A stretch of 64,000 nt of DNA, taken from NCBI GenBank assembly GCA_028023455.1, contig JAQFVV010000001.1:10788001-10852000 (forward strand), read 5' to 3'. A program made the position numbers and the translations under genes. Below the pieces are notes generated by a model. That model had not been told where the DNA came from, made no database searches, and worked only from the letters and a program-made list of their open reading frames with translations. Positions 28,106 to 41,841 of this stretch are shown one piece after another. The stretch is from Epiperipatus broadwayi (Eukaryota > Animalia > Onychophora). Numbering within the stretch: the stretch's first letter is position 1; each line of letters begins with the position of its first letter.

Positions 28106-28949
28106 ACTACTTGTATCTTAAAAATTTTAAGACAATATAATACTTCATCTGACTTCCTAAATAAGAAATTAAATTTTCTTTAAAGTATCCCAGAATTATT
28201 TGCTAATTTCCTTATAAATTAATGCTAACAACATCTCTGTTGTATATATGTATATCAAATCATTGTGCATTTTAACAAATGAAATACTTTACTAATGTAT
28301 AATTTGAAAAATTATAATTCAAATTAAGAATTTTGTTCATAATTTAAAAAATTATAATTCAAATAAGAATTTTGTTCAATGAAAAAATAATTGAAGAATG
28401 TAAAACTGTAATATTCATTTTTTTTTTTTTTGCTAATGAGCCATACTTAAAGTGAGATTCCTTTCTAAAGTTTCCCTAAATAAATTTTAAAAAAAAAATG
28501 AAGAACAATTAGGAATGCAATCCTGAGATTACAATATATTTTTTGATTAATTGTACAATCTAGTAGATATCACAATTAATTATTCTATTCATCTAAATAT
28601 AACCATGAGTACAACTTTTAAACTATAATACTGTATTACAAAGATATAGTAAATCTATAATTATCTTCTTAATTTTTTAGTGAACATTTATTGAAATGAA
28701 AAACTAAACTATATTTATTGTAAGCATAAATAAATAGAATAAAGAAAGAAAATTTCATTTCATTATTATTTTTATTAATTGTTATGTAATTATTTAATTT
28801 TTATATATAAAGATTTAACAAAGCAACAACAAATAAAAATACAAAATAATATAAGAAGTCAAAGTAAAATACAAATTTAATAAATTATATATTTTAAATA
28901 AATATATATTAAAAGCAAAATAAAAGATTTAATTACATAAACTGCTTTT

Positions 28950-29700
28950 TATTTTCCAACCAACTAACATATTAAGGAGGAAAATTAAATTTAAGTTATA
29001 AACTTATAAAATCATAACAATTACTTAAAATAAATCATTTCCAGCTACTTAAATTTAAAATAAAAGCAAAAGTGTTAAACAGCTTTTATATAATCCACTA
29101 CTTGGCAAAAGATTCTCTAGCAACATTAATTTAAAAATAAATACAAAAACTAACAATCTAACTTTAAAACAATAAACAACCATTTACATATTAAAACCAA
29201 AAGACAAACATGAAGATATTATTAATTCTTCTATCAAATCTTTAAGCATAAAAAATATAGATGATTAACATTGAAAGCAATAATACAGTTCCTTTCCATT
29301 ATTAACTAAGAAAAAGAAAAAGAGAATCTTAGAAATATATATATAGAATCATTTAACTCAAACAAAACTTGGTTACGTTATTTTAATACCCCTCTCCCAA
29401 AAAGTCTTATTCCTGGAGTGAATAAAATATTTTTAAAAATTAATACTTAAAACAGTAACTTAAAATAATATGAAACATATCAACCACTCAAGCAAGTATT
29501 TTCATAAATTTCAAATTATATATTGACCAGAAAGTGTCATTAAAGAAGTGAAAATTTCCCAAATTAAAGGGAAAATGACAAAAAACTGACTTAACTAATA
29601 CAGATAACACCAATATCAAAATGCAAAAACTACTACAATTGTGACATTTTAATGTCATTGCTTGCAGCACTATCTCCCTTAAAAAATCATTTTTCCTAAA
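28950..29700 (-). mobile_element. Possible L1/Tx1-like ORF2 C-terminal remnant, highly decayed
   Basis: Minus-strand fragments NKTFWERGIK, NHLYFLC and LNVARESFAK*WI loosely follow the order seen in L1/Tx1 C-termini. Weak evidence. Confidence 0.3.
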
Positions 29701-30039
29701 TTTTCATCCATTATTCAGTACATATACTTTATCCAGTATATCTATAATATGTATTATAGCTAATAATTTTATTTCAAAATTAAGACACATATAATCTTGC
29801 GTTATTTTTAGAGATTTACTAAATAATCAATAGTCAGTATCAAATATTAAAACATAAGCTAAATAATAAGACTATTTCCTGGGTAATATGCTACTTTTAT
29901 AAAATGTTAACCTTTTCAACAGCCTTATTTAAAATTGCTATTCAATTTATAACATCCAATTGTATCTACAATAAATTATCTCACTTATCATTTCACATGT
30001 TATTTAGACCAGAGTTGTATTTTTATGTCAATAATAATA

Positions 30040-31600
30040 AACAATGCTCTATTTATTTAAAGAATGCAAAACCTGGTGTGGCAATTATTCCATCAAAGCT
30101 TTTAAAAATCCTACAATTAATCTGCATCATAATACATTGATTGCATATCCTAAAATGATTTGGTACACCAAGTTTAAACTTATATGTGGTATCAAAAATT
30201 ACAAAATATTAAGGAGACTAAAAGACTTTTAATGAATAGTCTCAAATATCTGCTTAGTAAAATTATATATAGTTTCCTTCTTTCACAATTTGGTAATTCT
30301 ATATCCTTGATGTACTGACTTTACAATAAAGAATATTAAAATCAAATATAATCTTTAATATCCATGTTGTAAATAATGTATAAATTATAGGTTAATCTTG
30401 CTTTTTCTAAAAATAAATTTATATAACTATAGTTATTATTGGCAATCTTTTATAATCTTTTATAAGTATTAAATTAATGACAGATTTAAGAAAAAGTTGT
30501 CAAAGTTAATTTATTAGAACCATAGTAAAGACTTTCTTTCTGAATGTGTTTGTCATTCTTTTCCAAATTCCAAAAGATAAAATTTTATTTCTTAAAATAA
30601 AAGAAATAAAGTTTATAGTGTTTATATTGTCAGTTGTACCATGAATAGTTGTCCCATAGGTATGACAATTACTATTTTATCATTCTAATATATAATTAAT
30701 ATTAACATTTCTATTTATGTTTTATAATTATACAATTTCAATTTTGGAAAAAAAGATATTGTTATTATTAAAAAGTTATAATATATGCATTTGTTTTCAA
30801 TTACTACAACCAATAACTAATTAATGAAATTTTCTAATTTCAAATCTAGTTTATTTAAAAAGAATGATCAAATTCAAGGGGTCCTCAGTGATAATGATTA
30901 ATTAGTTCTAGAAATACAGTATATCAATTGACTTAGCACTTCAAAAAATAATGTAACATAGTTATAACAGACAACAAAAAATCAAAATATGCAGATGACC
31001 AATTTAGATTCACTGGGAATGAGACATATAAACTAATGCTAAACCAGAACTACTTGTTTAGTTATCATAACAGTGATAAAGATTAATAACAATACAATTT
31101 TAAGAATTACTTGACATCAAGTAAAAATTACACCATGTCAAAATTAGAATCATAGATGAAAACTATAACTTGAAACAAATGTATAAAAAATATAAAGTTC
31201 TCTAAATGCAATTTGATAATTGATATTAAGGCTAACCCAAAAGTTGAGCGTGTAAATAGTAAAATATACTAATATTATAAATAATATGCTATAGTTCTCT
31301 TGCTTACAGCATATGTTAAGGCCTTTGAGTTATTGTAAACAGAACTCTGAAAAAATATTCATTCATGATAGTTTTTTTTCTCTCACTCTAGAATGATTAG
31401 GATCAATTCAAAACATTTTTTTTTTCTAAATAACAACAATGTACAGTTTAGTTAGATTTATGTTCTTTGAGCTAAGCAAAGAAAACTATTCCTTCCTTGA
31501 TGTAACAGTGTACCAATGCCAAAATATACTTATTTAATAATGAGTAATGAACAACCATATTAATAGGCTGCATAGAATTTGTTCAAGTGATTTTGAATAA
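30040..31600 (+). mobile_element. Decayed LINE (CR1/L2-like) reverse-transcriptase remnant
   Basis: Ordered motifs KPGVAIIPSKLLK (~30070), NYRLILL (NYRPISLL-like, ~30383), GGGGTCCTCAG (GVPQG-like, ~30878), KYADD (~30985), KVERVNS (~31240). Confidence 0.5.
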
Positions 31601-33985
31601 TCCAAGAGAAAAATGCATTTCAAACATAATATAATTTAAAAAATCTATGATTATTAATTCAATTTGAAATGAATAAAGCTATGAAGCTATTTTATAAACA
31701 AAATCAATCACAGCATAAAAAATAGCCAATAACAAAAACAAAATTAGATAAGTTTGACTTAATTGTATCTTTTAAATTATAATGAACCACCAGAAATTAA
31801 ATATTAATATTTCTTTCTTATGTCACATAATTTAGGCTATAAAAATTTCTCCTATAATTGTATAATTCACACTTGAAAATAATATGAATGATCCAAGAAT
31901 AATTATTATTGTATTATCGGGCTTAAAAAAAGCAACTAACTACAATAAAGATAACCAATTTAATAAAAAAAAAAAAATACTATAAAAATTGAGAATTGCA
32001 AAGAACTGATGACAAAAGCCCCAATCACTAAAATGCATAATTGTAATTAAAATTATATCTGTTATAAAACAAAATAATATCCAATTAATATTTTTCAAAT
32101 CATAATTAATTTCTCATTTTGAAATACTTTTAATAAATTCAATATAATGTTTTGCTATCATATTTCAATTTTATAACAAATATACAAAATATTTTCATAA
32201 TAGAAATTGTTAGTTAAGCAATAATTAAATAATATTAATAATATTGCCAATTAATTTAAATATTACTGTCAACAAATTTTTATTCCAAGAAATGTACATT
32301 GTTCTTTAAACATCACCATAATCTAAAAATGATTAAAATTCATTAAAATTCATAATCATCATGGGACATATTTATAATTTTTTTATTACTTTCTATAAGC
32401 AATAAAGTTATCTACTATATATCATTTAAATCTATGTTAATATTTAAAAGCAAAAACTATTTTAATAAAATATTTTACTTTGCTATTCCATTTAGATTTT
32501 ATAATGTTTTTTTTTTTTTAATATTTTGGTTTGTAATAATTTTTGATATTATTTACTCTCATATTCTTTGATCAAAAAATAACTTTCGAAAAATCAAACA
32601 TATTTTCTACATGATAAAATTAAACATCTTTAAGTATTATAATATTTAGTTTTCACATTAAAATTCAGAATAATAAATTATAATGTATGATGGAAGTATT
32701 TGTTAAAATTAAAAACATTTATTTTTTTTAATAAATTTATTTTAAAACATTATGCATAAATATCTACACACATATATACATAAATCTCTATATGATGAAA
32801 CTTATTCAAATAAATAAAATAACAGTTATAGTTTAATTATAATAAATAAACAATAAACTATTAATGATGACAGTAAATATTCATAATAATCATTATAAAA
32901 ATATAAAAATATTTTTAATTATTTACATAATCATTTACAACTATTAATAACTAAAAGTAGTTCTGTGTTTTTTATAATGGTTATTATAAATATTTATCAA
33001 CAACATTAATATTTTATTGTTTTTATTTATTATTATTACATTAATTAATATATAATAGATATTTCATTTGACTTGCATATATATTAATTAAATAGATTTC
33101 AATGACTATTAAGATGCATTAATTGATTAAGGAATGGCAGAAATAATATAAAAAACTTAAATGGACTAAATTTTGAAGTTTCCAATTGAAAATGATTATG
33201 TAATAACTGAAATTATTTCAATGTTTTTATAATAATTATTATAAGTATTTATTATCATTAATATTTTGTTTTATTTATTAGTATGAATGTGCATGTGTGA
33301 ATTTATACCAAATTTGTAAATAGCATAGTAACATTTCTTTTATATATTAAAACATATAAATAATATCAACAAAAAATGACATTTATAGATTTGACAGCTC
33401 ATGAATGTGAATACAATTATAAAAATTGGGTCAAAAACTTGCCTCAATTAAAAAACAAATGTAAAATAGATTTATAGAAAGATTTAAACTAGTATCATCC
33501 AAGTAAAAACTAATAAAACATAGCAAACATAAAATAATATGAAAACCCACAGTTAATTATCAAGATATAAAATCCTATAAAATCACCTTTTATATGTAAA
33601 ATATTAAGGGAAAAATTTCAGGTGTTCTCTGGCACTGCTATCCAAAGTAAGATCTGACTTTGCTTTGTCAAAAACAAAATGAGGATGATAATATTAGATA
33701 AACCTAATAATGAAGAACTATTTTCTAATTATTTTATTGCTGTCTACATAAAAATTGTAAATAAAAACATCTGTCAGAAAAAATTATCATCAAAAAAATG
33801 TGAATGGAAAAAAAAACTAGATTTTTAGCATGAATTCAGAAAAACTTTACAGTAAAAATTAATTTATGGATACTTTGTCTATAAATGAATATAACAGAAA
33901 AAACTTCCAGGAAGCATCACTAATTTGAAAAAATGTAACTAAAAACCACAAATCAGTAATTTTATAATATCCATATCATTTACAA

Positions 33986-34568
33986 TAGGTATGGGCAACA
34001 TTGTTAAGAGCAGGCCACATGAGATGTTCATCGTCATAAATATAGCCGCACAAATAAAAGAAAATTTTCGCAAACATCATATTTAATAATATAATAATTC
34101 AAAATATTTTAAAGAAATTCATACAACTTATATATAACAAAAACTAAAATGAAATTACTGTTCTTGTGACTTTTATGATTGTGTAATGTAAGAGGAAGAA
34201 GGGATGGATTCACTAGTTTTGTATTGATTTTTCTTTAGGTTTCATTTCAAAAGCTTAGATATGACTGTACAATTTATGAATAAACTAATTTATCTTCTGT
34301 AATTTTAAATTAAGATAATTTAAATGGGTCATTCTATCCATGAGAAATGCAAAATCACTAATTTATTTGATTATTCTTCGGCTCAACACAAGTTTACAAC
34401 TTATTTCCTAGAAGTTGATTGCACAAGTGAATAAGTGAGAATGAATAAAAAATATAAGATTTTAATAAAGTTACTATTTTGATACAATCATGAAGTAAAT
34501 ATGTATTTCAGAAAAACATGAAGGGCCTCATGGAAAATCCATAAATGGCTGCAGGTTGCCCATAACTG
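33986..34568. mobile_element. hAT MITE (~580 bp)
   Basis: TIRs TAGGTATGGGCAAC (33986) and GTTGCCCATAACTG (ends 34568). Flanks ATTTACAA and ATGTAGAA match 6/8 with central TA. Confidence 0.85.
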
Positions 34569-35949
34569 ATGTAGAAACAATTGGTTTTTAAAAAAATACT
34601 ACAATGAAGACCATAAAATTACTAGTTAATTAATAATTTTAATTAAGTACTGTATGATGGATATTGAAAAAGGATAAATATTAATTCTAGTACTGATAAT
34701 AACTCTTTAATAGAACAGGTATATAATAGTAGCTCAAAAATCTACAAAAAATAAAAGAAAAACAATCACAAAATACCAAATTAAAGTGGAAAATTTTAAA
34801 ACACATAAAAATTGATAAAATGTTAAAATCTGAGAATAATCATAATAATTAACAGTCAACCTCTCAAACTATAATAGATAAATTAAAATTGCAAAAAAAT
34901 AACATATCATAGAAAGAGATGATCAAATAATATTTTCATAGAACACATAAAAATTAAAGTACCCAAAACTAAAATATACTAATCTCTAGCTCAGAATGAG
35001 CTGAAAAGATTAAATGAAGAAGCTACTACAAAAACAAAAATGGAGAAACAAAATAAAAAAATCTCTACGTTTTAATCTGGTATACAACTGGAAAATAATA
35101 CTAAACTTGAAAAATTAAATAAAATTTAATAACTATTGAAGAACATATCATGCATACATCTTATGATTATACATCTCAATAACCACCATGCATATCAATA
35201 GTAAAGTTAGTGAGCAATTCCTATTATCAAAATCTAATATCAATTTATATTACAAAATTAATTTTTATACTTAATACTAAAATGTGTGATAAAATACAAT
35301 CTATTTAGAACATTTATTCACTTTAATATATAAGCATGCATTTTCCAAAAATTTTATAAGGACATTACAAGTAATGAAAATATATTATGTGTAATAAGAG
35401 AAGAGCTTTTGAAACATGGTCAAATTTTGCATATAGTTCTCACATTTTTGACTGATTTTCAAAAACAAATGAAAGATGTTGTTGTGATAGTATACACATA
35501 AATACTTATTGCAAAATGTATCCTTTCTCATTTCAATGAACTTAAAAAAAATTGACATAAATTTAAAAAAAAAAAAAAAAACAATATATCACATAACTCA
35601 TAATTTAGACTTAGATAAAATTTCAACTATAATTATGCTGAAAAATTACCAGTCCTCTAGTTCAAATGTAAAAGAAAATGCACTGAATGCTTGATAATCA
35701 AAAACACTGATTTTAATGTAATTAAAAATAGAGAACAAAGAATTTATTCCATAAACCAATAAGAATGTGATCCTGAATGTTTCTATTTCTCTAATATACT
35801 GACAGCCTTATTTGATAATAGAAAATGTTCTAAAGAGAATAAAGAGATATTCCAGTTGTTTGTTGTATATGATCTCCCAGATGAATAGTCTAATCAAATT
35901 CCAAATAATCTAATCTCTGAATATCTTTTAATTCAGGATGAATTTAAAT

Positions 35950-36260
35950 TATAGCATCCATTTGTAAAATAGTTATAAAACAACAACTATGCAACTTGGG
36001 GGGTGGGGGTATTTGTTAAATAAAAAGCCAAACATTTTACATGACCAATATCAAATCTTTCAGATTGAAAATTATGTTAAAGCTAATGACTGTTACCACT
36101 TATTATGAATGGAAAAATCTATTTGGACTGTTTTACGAAGATTACCATTAAAAAATTTCTGAATATTGGGTGGATTTATTGAAGGGTCATAGAGTTGATA
36201 CTGATCCCATTATTTTTGGAGACTATATACTCAGAATATTTGTGAAGCAGATATTGAATT
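35950..36260 (+). mobile_element. Possible LINE APE-endonuclease remnant
   Basis: GGGGVxIFVK-like GGGGGTGGGGGTATTTGTTAAA (~35998) and IIFGDY (IILGDFN-like, ~36208). The A-rich 34600-35900 stretch upstream may be ORF1 debris. Confidence 0.35.
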
Positions 36261-37772
36261 AATACTTACATATAATAAATCTATATAATTTCTGACTTAA
36301 AAAATGTATCTAAATCTTGACAGACAAGAATATATATTAACTTGAAAAGTATATTATGTAATCTATTAACATTTAAAATTATTAAAGTATAACCAATTAT
36401 AAAGGAATACAATTTCAGTATAATGAGAAATAATATTTAATGATGCAATACAAATTTTATTTAATTATAAGAAGTTTGAATTTAAGATAATTTATACTTC
36501 ACATAACAGAAATATGCAACAGGATGAAATAAATGGTTTGAGCTTTTTCTTTCCTATTTATTTTTCCAGAAATTCGCATGTATATTATTTTGTTATATAA
36601 TTATTATAGGAGTTTGAAAAAATGTAATGTAAATAACTATTTGTTTTAATTATGCTTAAATTCATTTTGTTACATAAAGCAAAACGAGATAAAATCTTAA
36701 ATTTATGTATTAGCTAACTTAGTGAAAAAAGCTATGAAAATTAAATATGCAGCACTGCAATGTTAGAGTAAACTCATCTGTTGTTAAAAATGCTTCATAT
36801 AGAATATTGCCATTTTTTCTATATTATAATTAATATCATTAAAACAAATTATCAATTTTGTTTATTAATAATGTTTTATTTCATTAAAAACTATTTTAAT
36901 GATACAGGAAAATGATGCACTATTACTCTCAGAGCTTGCAAGTTTGAACAAATGAAAATCATGCTATATTTGGAAAGAAATCAATCCCAGTATTGATTTA
37001 AGGTTAAAATAAATATCTTTCACAACAATACATTGCTATTATTTTATTAAAAGTGGAAATGATGAAGTTTATTATTTTAAAAGATTAGAATTCCTTGTTT
37101 TTATTAAATGCTTTTATTTAACTTACAATCTATGTATGTGTGTTTATTTCATAGATATGGTTTAAGTAAGATATGCAAGACGACTGTATAGATATTTTTT
37201 TGGTTTCCATTAAAAGTTTTTAAAATTGAGCTTAATATGCAAGAGTTTTTTGATTCAGTTAAAAGTTTGCGTTGGTTTGTGTCATAGATATAGTTTAAGT
37301 AGATGGGTGAAAGTTGGTATAAAAATTTGTTTGGTTTCAATTGAAAGCTTTTAAAATCAAACTTAATATATTTTAAGTAATGCATAGCATTTTTTTGTTC
37401 AGCTGAAAGCTTACTTTAAGTTAGAATAAAATAAAGTTACTTTACAAATTACTTTAAATTAATTAAAATTGCCCATATTAAAGAAAGTCAATTTACAATA
37501 AGGTTTTGTTAGGCATATTTTCATAAAAAGCCAGTCTTAAAATTTCATTATGTTTTGACTAATACATGAGATTTTTTTCATACAATTACAGACATATATT
37601 AAATAGGATATATACATAAGGGTGTACATATTAACTTACTGCAGGAATAACCAGTAATACATATAAAAACTATTAGTATCAAGTCTATTAAAGTATAATA
37701 TGGTTGGATATTTTTATATACTGTGCACAGATATTTTTATTTACTGTGCCAATACTAATAACTTAAAAATAA

Positions 37773-38060
37773 AGAGATAAAAACTATTTTATAGTAAATG
37801 CTTTTGTCATGCACTAAAAACCAAACAAATAATTGATTCTTTAACCACAATTGGGATTTTTAGATTGAACTTGAAATAAGAGCATGATAGGGAGGGGGGA
37901 GTCCAGCAATTAATTAACTACATCTTTATGTGACACCCCCCCCCATGCTTTTATTTTAAGTTCAATCTAAAAACCCAAGTATAGTTGAAGAAATAATTTT
38001 TCTTTTGATTTTTAGTACACAACAAACAAAAGCATTTACTATAAAATATTTTGTATCTCT
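37773..38060. mobile_element. Palindromic (foldback) MITE, copy 1
   Basis: The ~125-bp arms are inverted: AGAGATA..AA.TATTTTATAGTAAATGCTTTTGT...TTTTAGATTGAACTTGAAATAAGAGCATG...GGGGGG versus CCCCCCCCATGCTTTTATTTTAAGTTCAATCTAAAAACCCAA...AAAAGCATTTACTATAAAATATTTTGTATCTCT. Related copy at 58190-58440. Confidence 0.82.
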
Positions 38061-38399
38061 ACTTAGAAAATTAATGATTCTAATTTTGATCTACATCAGT
38101 ATGTTAGAGAGATTAAAATACAAAAGTGTAAATTGATAGAAAGTTTTTTTAATATATGGTAATTAATGTTAGTGTTTGTATGTTTAAAGGTAATTTTAGG
38201 AGTTTTGTAGACAGAAATGAAAGTAGGTAGCACTTTGGAAACATTTATTAAATTGTTGACTTTTCTAATAAAAAAATTGATAAATTGGAATCTGTATACA
38301 AATATTTTTTCCATTTCACAGTAAATTATGACCATCCCTAATAAAAATCAGTAAATTATCACTATATGCAATCATTTTAAAAGTTTTCCTTACATAAAA

Positions 38400-41252
38400 A
38401 AACAATACTTATATTTATATACACAGATGGTTAGATGAATTATAATATTGTGAACAATGAAGAGAAACAGCTTTTACTTCTGCCAATTGTCTTATCACCA
38501 GGAAAAGAAGCAAAAATGTATGCAATTTCTTGTAAGCATTGATTTTATATAATTTATTAGATTATTTAATCAAAATCTAAATTCCAATAGCAGGCTAAGA
38601 TTTATCAGACCAGAAAAAACTGCTCCACATAACTATAAGAATCTTAAAATTCAATTGAAAAGTAATTAATCAACTGCTAAATTTCTTGTTTCACTCCAAT
38701 ATCATTTTTGAAACTTTCCTAATTGAAAAGGCTTTTCTGTCAATAATGAATTGAACTTAGCCAAAAGAATTCCTATGGCTATCTTGGATGAAATATCTTA
38801 TGGTTGAATGGGTTTAAATTCAGAAAAATGGAAATGTAATTTATTTGTGATTTCTTTTGAGTAAAATATTTATATATTTTATTTGTGATTTATTTTGAAT
38901 AAAATAGTCTGTCCATTAAAATTTCATAAAAGCATTAGTCTTTCACAAAAATAATTTATCATATGATGCAGGTGATAAGAAAAGAGCTTATTCAGAACTT
39001 TAAACTTCTACAAGGAATGCCAAATCACAAATCCACTCATCATATCTTATTTGGTTAATTGTTTTTCCTTTTATGTCCATAAAATCTGCTATGTTTTGTC
39101 TCAGATCATAAAATCATTTTAGCATTTTACCTTTACTCATCCACCTCACTTCACAACAATAAGACACATTTTCATAATCTGAAAATAAGTCTGCCAAATA
39201 TTCCTTAAATTGGCGGTGATTAAGTGCATGTGACTTAATAAAGTTAATACTGAATACTACAACTTCCATAACATTTGTAAATTTAATTGATTTTGCACAT
39301 AGATTTTGTTGATGGATAATGCAATGAAAATTTGTTAAATTTTCCAGATGGATCTGTAGTTCTATTGCTTTTTCATGAACTATTCCAATATATCCCTTCC
39401 ATGCACAACTATGGTAGGGGCTCCATCAATGCATATGTCAGATAGTGAACTCCATTTAAGCCCAAACATCTCGAAGACTGTTTTGACTTCTTCAAATATA
39501 TCTTCACCGGTAGTTGTTCCTTTTAGTGGCCAAAGTGCCAACAATTCTTCTGTGATATTAAAATCCACATCAACTCCCCGAATAAATATTGCTAGTTGTG
39601 CTGTATCAGAAGCATCAGAGCTGTCATCCAAAGCAATTGAAAATGCTTTGAATTTAGCAATCTTCTCTTTTAAACTTTTTTGGATATCATCAGCCATAAT
39701 TTCTATCCACCGGACAACAGTACGTCTTGACAAACTAATATTCTCAAATCTTTTTTCTTTTCAGGACATATACTTGCAACATCCAACCGACATTCTTTGA
39801 TAAATTCTCCTTCACCAAATGATTTTGAATGCTTAGCAATTTTTTTGCTTAATACAAAGCTGGCTTTCACAATGCTTCCATGCTGCATTCTTTGTTTGGT
39901 AAACATTTGCTTTTGGGTATCCAAGTTCTTCTTCAATTTCTCTATTTCATCTTTTCGTAGTTGTCCATCAATTTTTTGGTGACCGGCATGTTTTGAAGTG
40001 AAGTGTCTCTTCAAGTTGTATTCTTTGTTGACTGATACAGATTCATTGCACAGCAAACATATAGGCAAACCTTTATTCAGAATAAAATAATACTTTTCTG
40101 TCCAGCTGTCTTGAAATTGACGATTCTCTGTATCTACTTTTCTTTTTTTTTTTTTTTGATATAATCCCTGACATATATATATTCAAAACTGTCAAACAAA
40201 ACTGTTTTTAACACTGCAGATACTGAACAGAAAACAATATAAATGTGGGTACTTAACAAGGCCCAATACCAATGCAAATATTAAAATAAAAACAAAACTG
40301 CTATATAGACTACGGGTAGAACACAAAAAAAAGTACAACCCAAATGCAAATATCAAAATGACACATTATAACACGTTAACATACTGCTAGTCAAAATGAG
40401 AAAGAGATCTTGATGGGAGAAAACGAGATGTGTTTTGCAGTGTCATATGACGTCAGCTTAACTATTCAAAGTATTAATTCTGAGAGAAGCTAAATGGGAC
40501 AAAATAAATGTGATTTTCAGTAATAATTAATGATAATGACATATTTTTGTAAAACATTTATTATTAAACCCAAAATGACATCACTAGTGAAATAGTATGA
40601 TTTATTTATCATCCTGTTTCACCTACTATGTTACATAGTAATATATTTTCTCTGGTTTAAACCTATCCAAGTCCACGTACATTAGTTAATTAATACTTCA
40701 AATAGCTTATATTTATGTGTATGTGCGAATATGTGCACATATCTAATGGGAATATTAATGTTTTATGCATATAATGTGTATGCGGTTATAATTTTAAAAT
40801 GATTAAATTAATAAATTTAAAATAAGTTTTGAGCATCGTTGTATACGTGGGAGCACACCTATGTTATATATGAGAAAGGGAGCTGTAATGTGATAGATTT
40901 AGTAAACATTACAGATTTTCTAAATTATTTCTAAATTAAGTTATTTCATTTATAACATATAAATTTCAAATTCATGTATATGCTAGACTGTTGACAACTT
41001 AAATCTCTTTTTAAAAAAAAGAATCAAAGATTATTGAATTCTCAGAAATACTTCTCATTAATTAAATAGTAAACTGAGAATCAAAATTTTAAAGCTGTTT
41101 TAAAAATAATGTTAAAAACAGAGACAAAATAATTAACATAACTCTCACTAGGCTCTATTCAAAAATTTGATAATCGGAATCAAACATGGCTAAAATAGAT
41201 TAGTGGCAGGCCGGATTAATCTGGCCCGAGAGCCAGAGGTTGCCCATATGTG
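38400..41252 (-). mobile_element. hAT transposon (GTF2IRD2/SPIN-like), 5' TIR present, 3' TIR not found
   Basis: rc 5' end CACATATGGGCAACCTCTGGCTCTCGGGCCAGATTAATCCGGCC at 41252, flank AATTAGAA (central TA). Contains the transposase relic. Left boundary is approximate. Confidence 0.83.
38420..40174 (-). pseudogene. hAT transposase pseudogene (GTF2IRD2-like)
   Basis: RKVDTENRQFQDSWTEKYYF..LPICLLCNESVSVNKEYNLKRHF (BED finger); IALDDSSD; ICIDGAPTIV; FHCIIHQQNLCA (CxxH); SHALNHRQFKEYL; EVRWMSKGKML; WICDLAFLV. Partly in ORFs 39703-40068 and 39380-39733. Confidence 0.92.
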
Positions 41253-41841
41253 TTCTAATTCAACAGTTTTATGGATCCTCCAATAGTCTGAATAAATTGT
41301 AAATCTGTGACATTTTAATTTTATCGCATCCATAAGAATAGCTGCTATTCTACCTTGAACAGTTACAATGAAGCATTGATTGGTCTCTTTGCACAAGTCA
41401 CTGGATAACCACTGCTATGGAAGTATTCTCTGATCATTTTTTTGCTTAATGAAAGACTGTCAATTTTCATAACTGTATTAGGTACTCCAATTTTTTTAAG
41501 ATGTCTGAGATAAAAGGTTAGATATGCACATCCTTCAGATAGTTATCCCCAATCTATAACTGTGTTGTTGAATAAATCAGATATTAAATCTCTAGACCAG
41601 CTATAAATGAATGTGAGTGCAGTCAGAAGTGGAATTTTGGAGCCCTCAAACCACATTTGTTTCCAAATGAATATTCTGTTTGAAAAACTTTTGACATTGT
41701 GTTGTATTATGGGTCTGTTTGCACATAAATTCTCATATCATGCCCATTAATGCAGACTTTTCAGGATGGCAGGATCCCATATCTTTGGGAATATTCCATT
41801 GCATGATGATTTATCAAAGGAAGATTCCAAATTTTCAACAT
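41253..41841 (-). pseudogene. Merlin-superfamily (ISXO2/IS1016-like) transposase pseudogene, cut by the hAT insertion
   Basis: MLKIWNLPLINHHAMEYSQRYGILPS*KVCINGHDM; WFEGSKIPLLTALTFIYSWSRDL; NTVIDW; KIGVPNTVMKIDS (KIGGP..VEIDES-like); RILP*QW; CKETNQCFIVTVQGRIAAILMDAIK...TIYSDYWRIHKTVELE (I.SD.W catalytic block, ORF 41190-41396). A possible GG terminus GGGGCCTACAA lies at ~42054. Confidence 0.85.

Noticed and set aside
28300-28380. Short tandem duplications (~40 bp here, 21 bp at ~22301-22342 and ~58747-58787)
   Set aside because: Ordinary replication-slippage duplications in AT-rich DNA with no sign of function.
38078-38085. TTCTAATT as the left TSD of the 38400-41252 hAT
   Set aside because: It matches the right flank but is not followed by any TIR-like sequence. 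An AT-rich 8-mer is expected by chance in a multi-kb search.
39375-39982. Plus-strand ORFs 39375-39800 and 39797-39982 as genes
   Set aside because: Antisense shadows of the minus-strand hAT transposase. The same applies to 5672-5857, 6850-7056 and 307-489 relative to their elements.
41403-41414. GGATAACCACTG resembling a hAT right TIR (rc CAGTGGTTATCC)
   Set aside because: It falls in frame within the Merlin transposase relic (RILP*QW block) and has no partner end or TSD.
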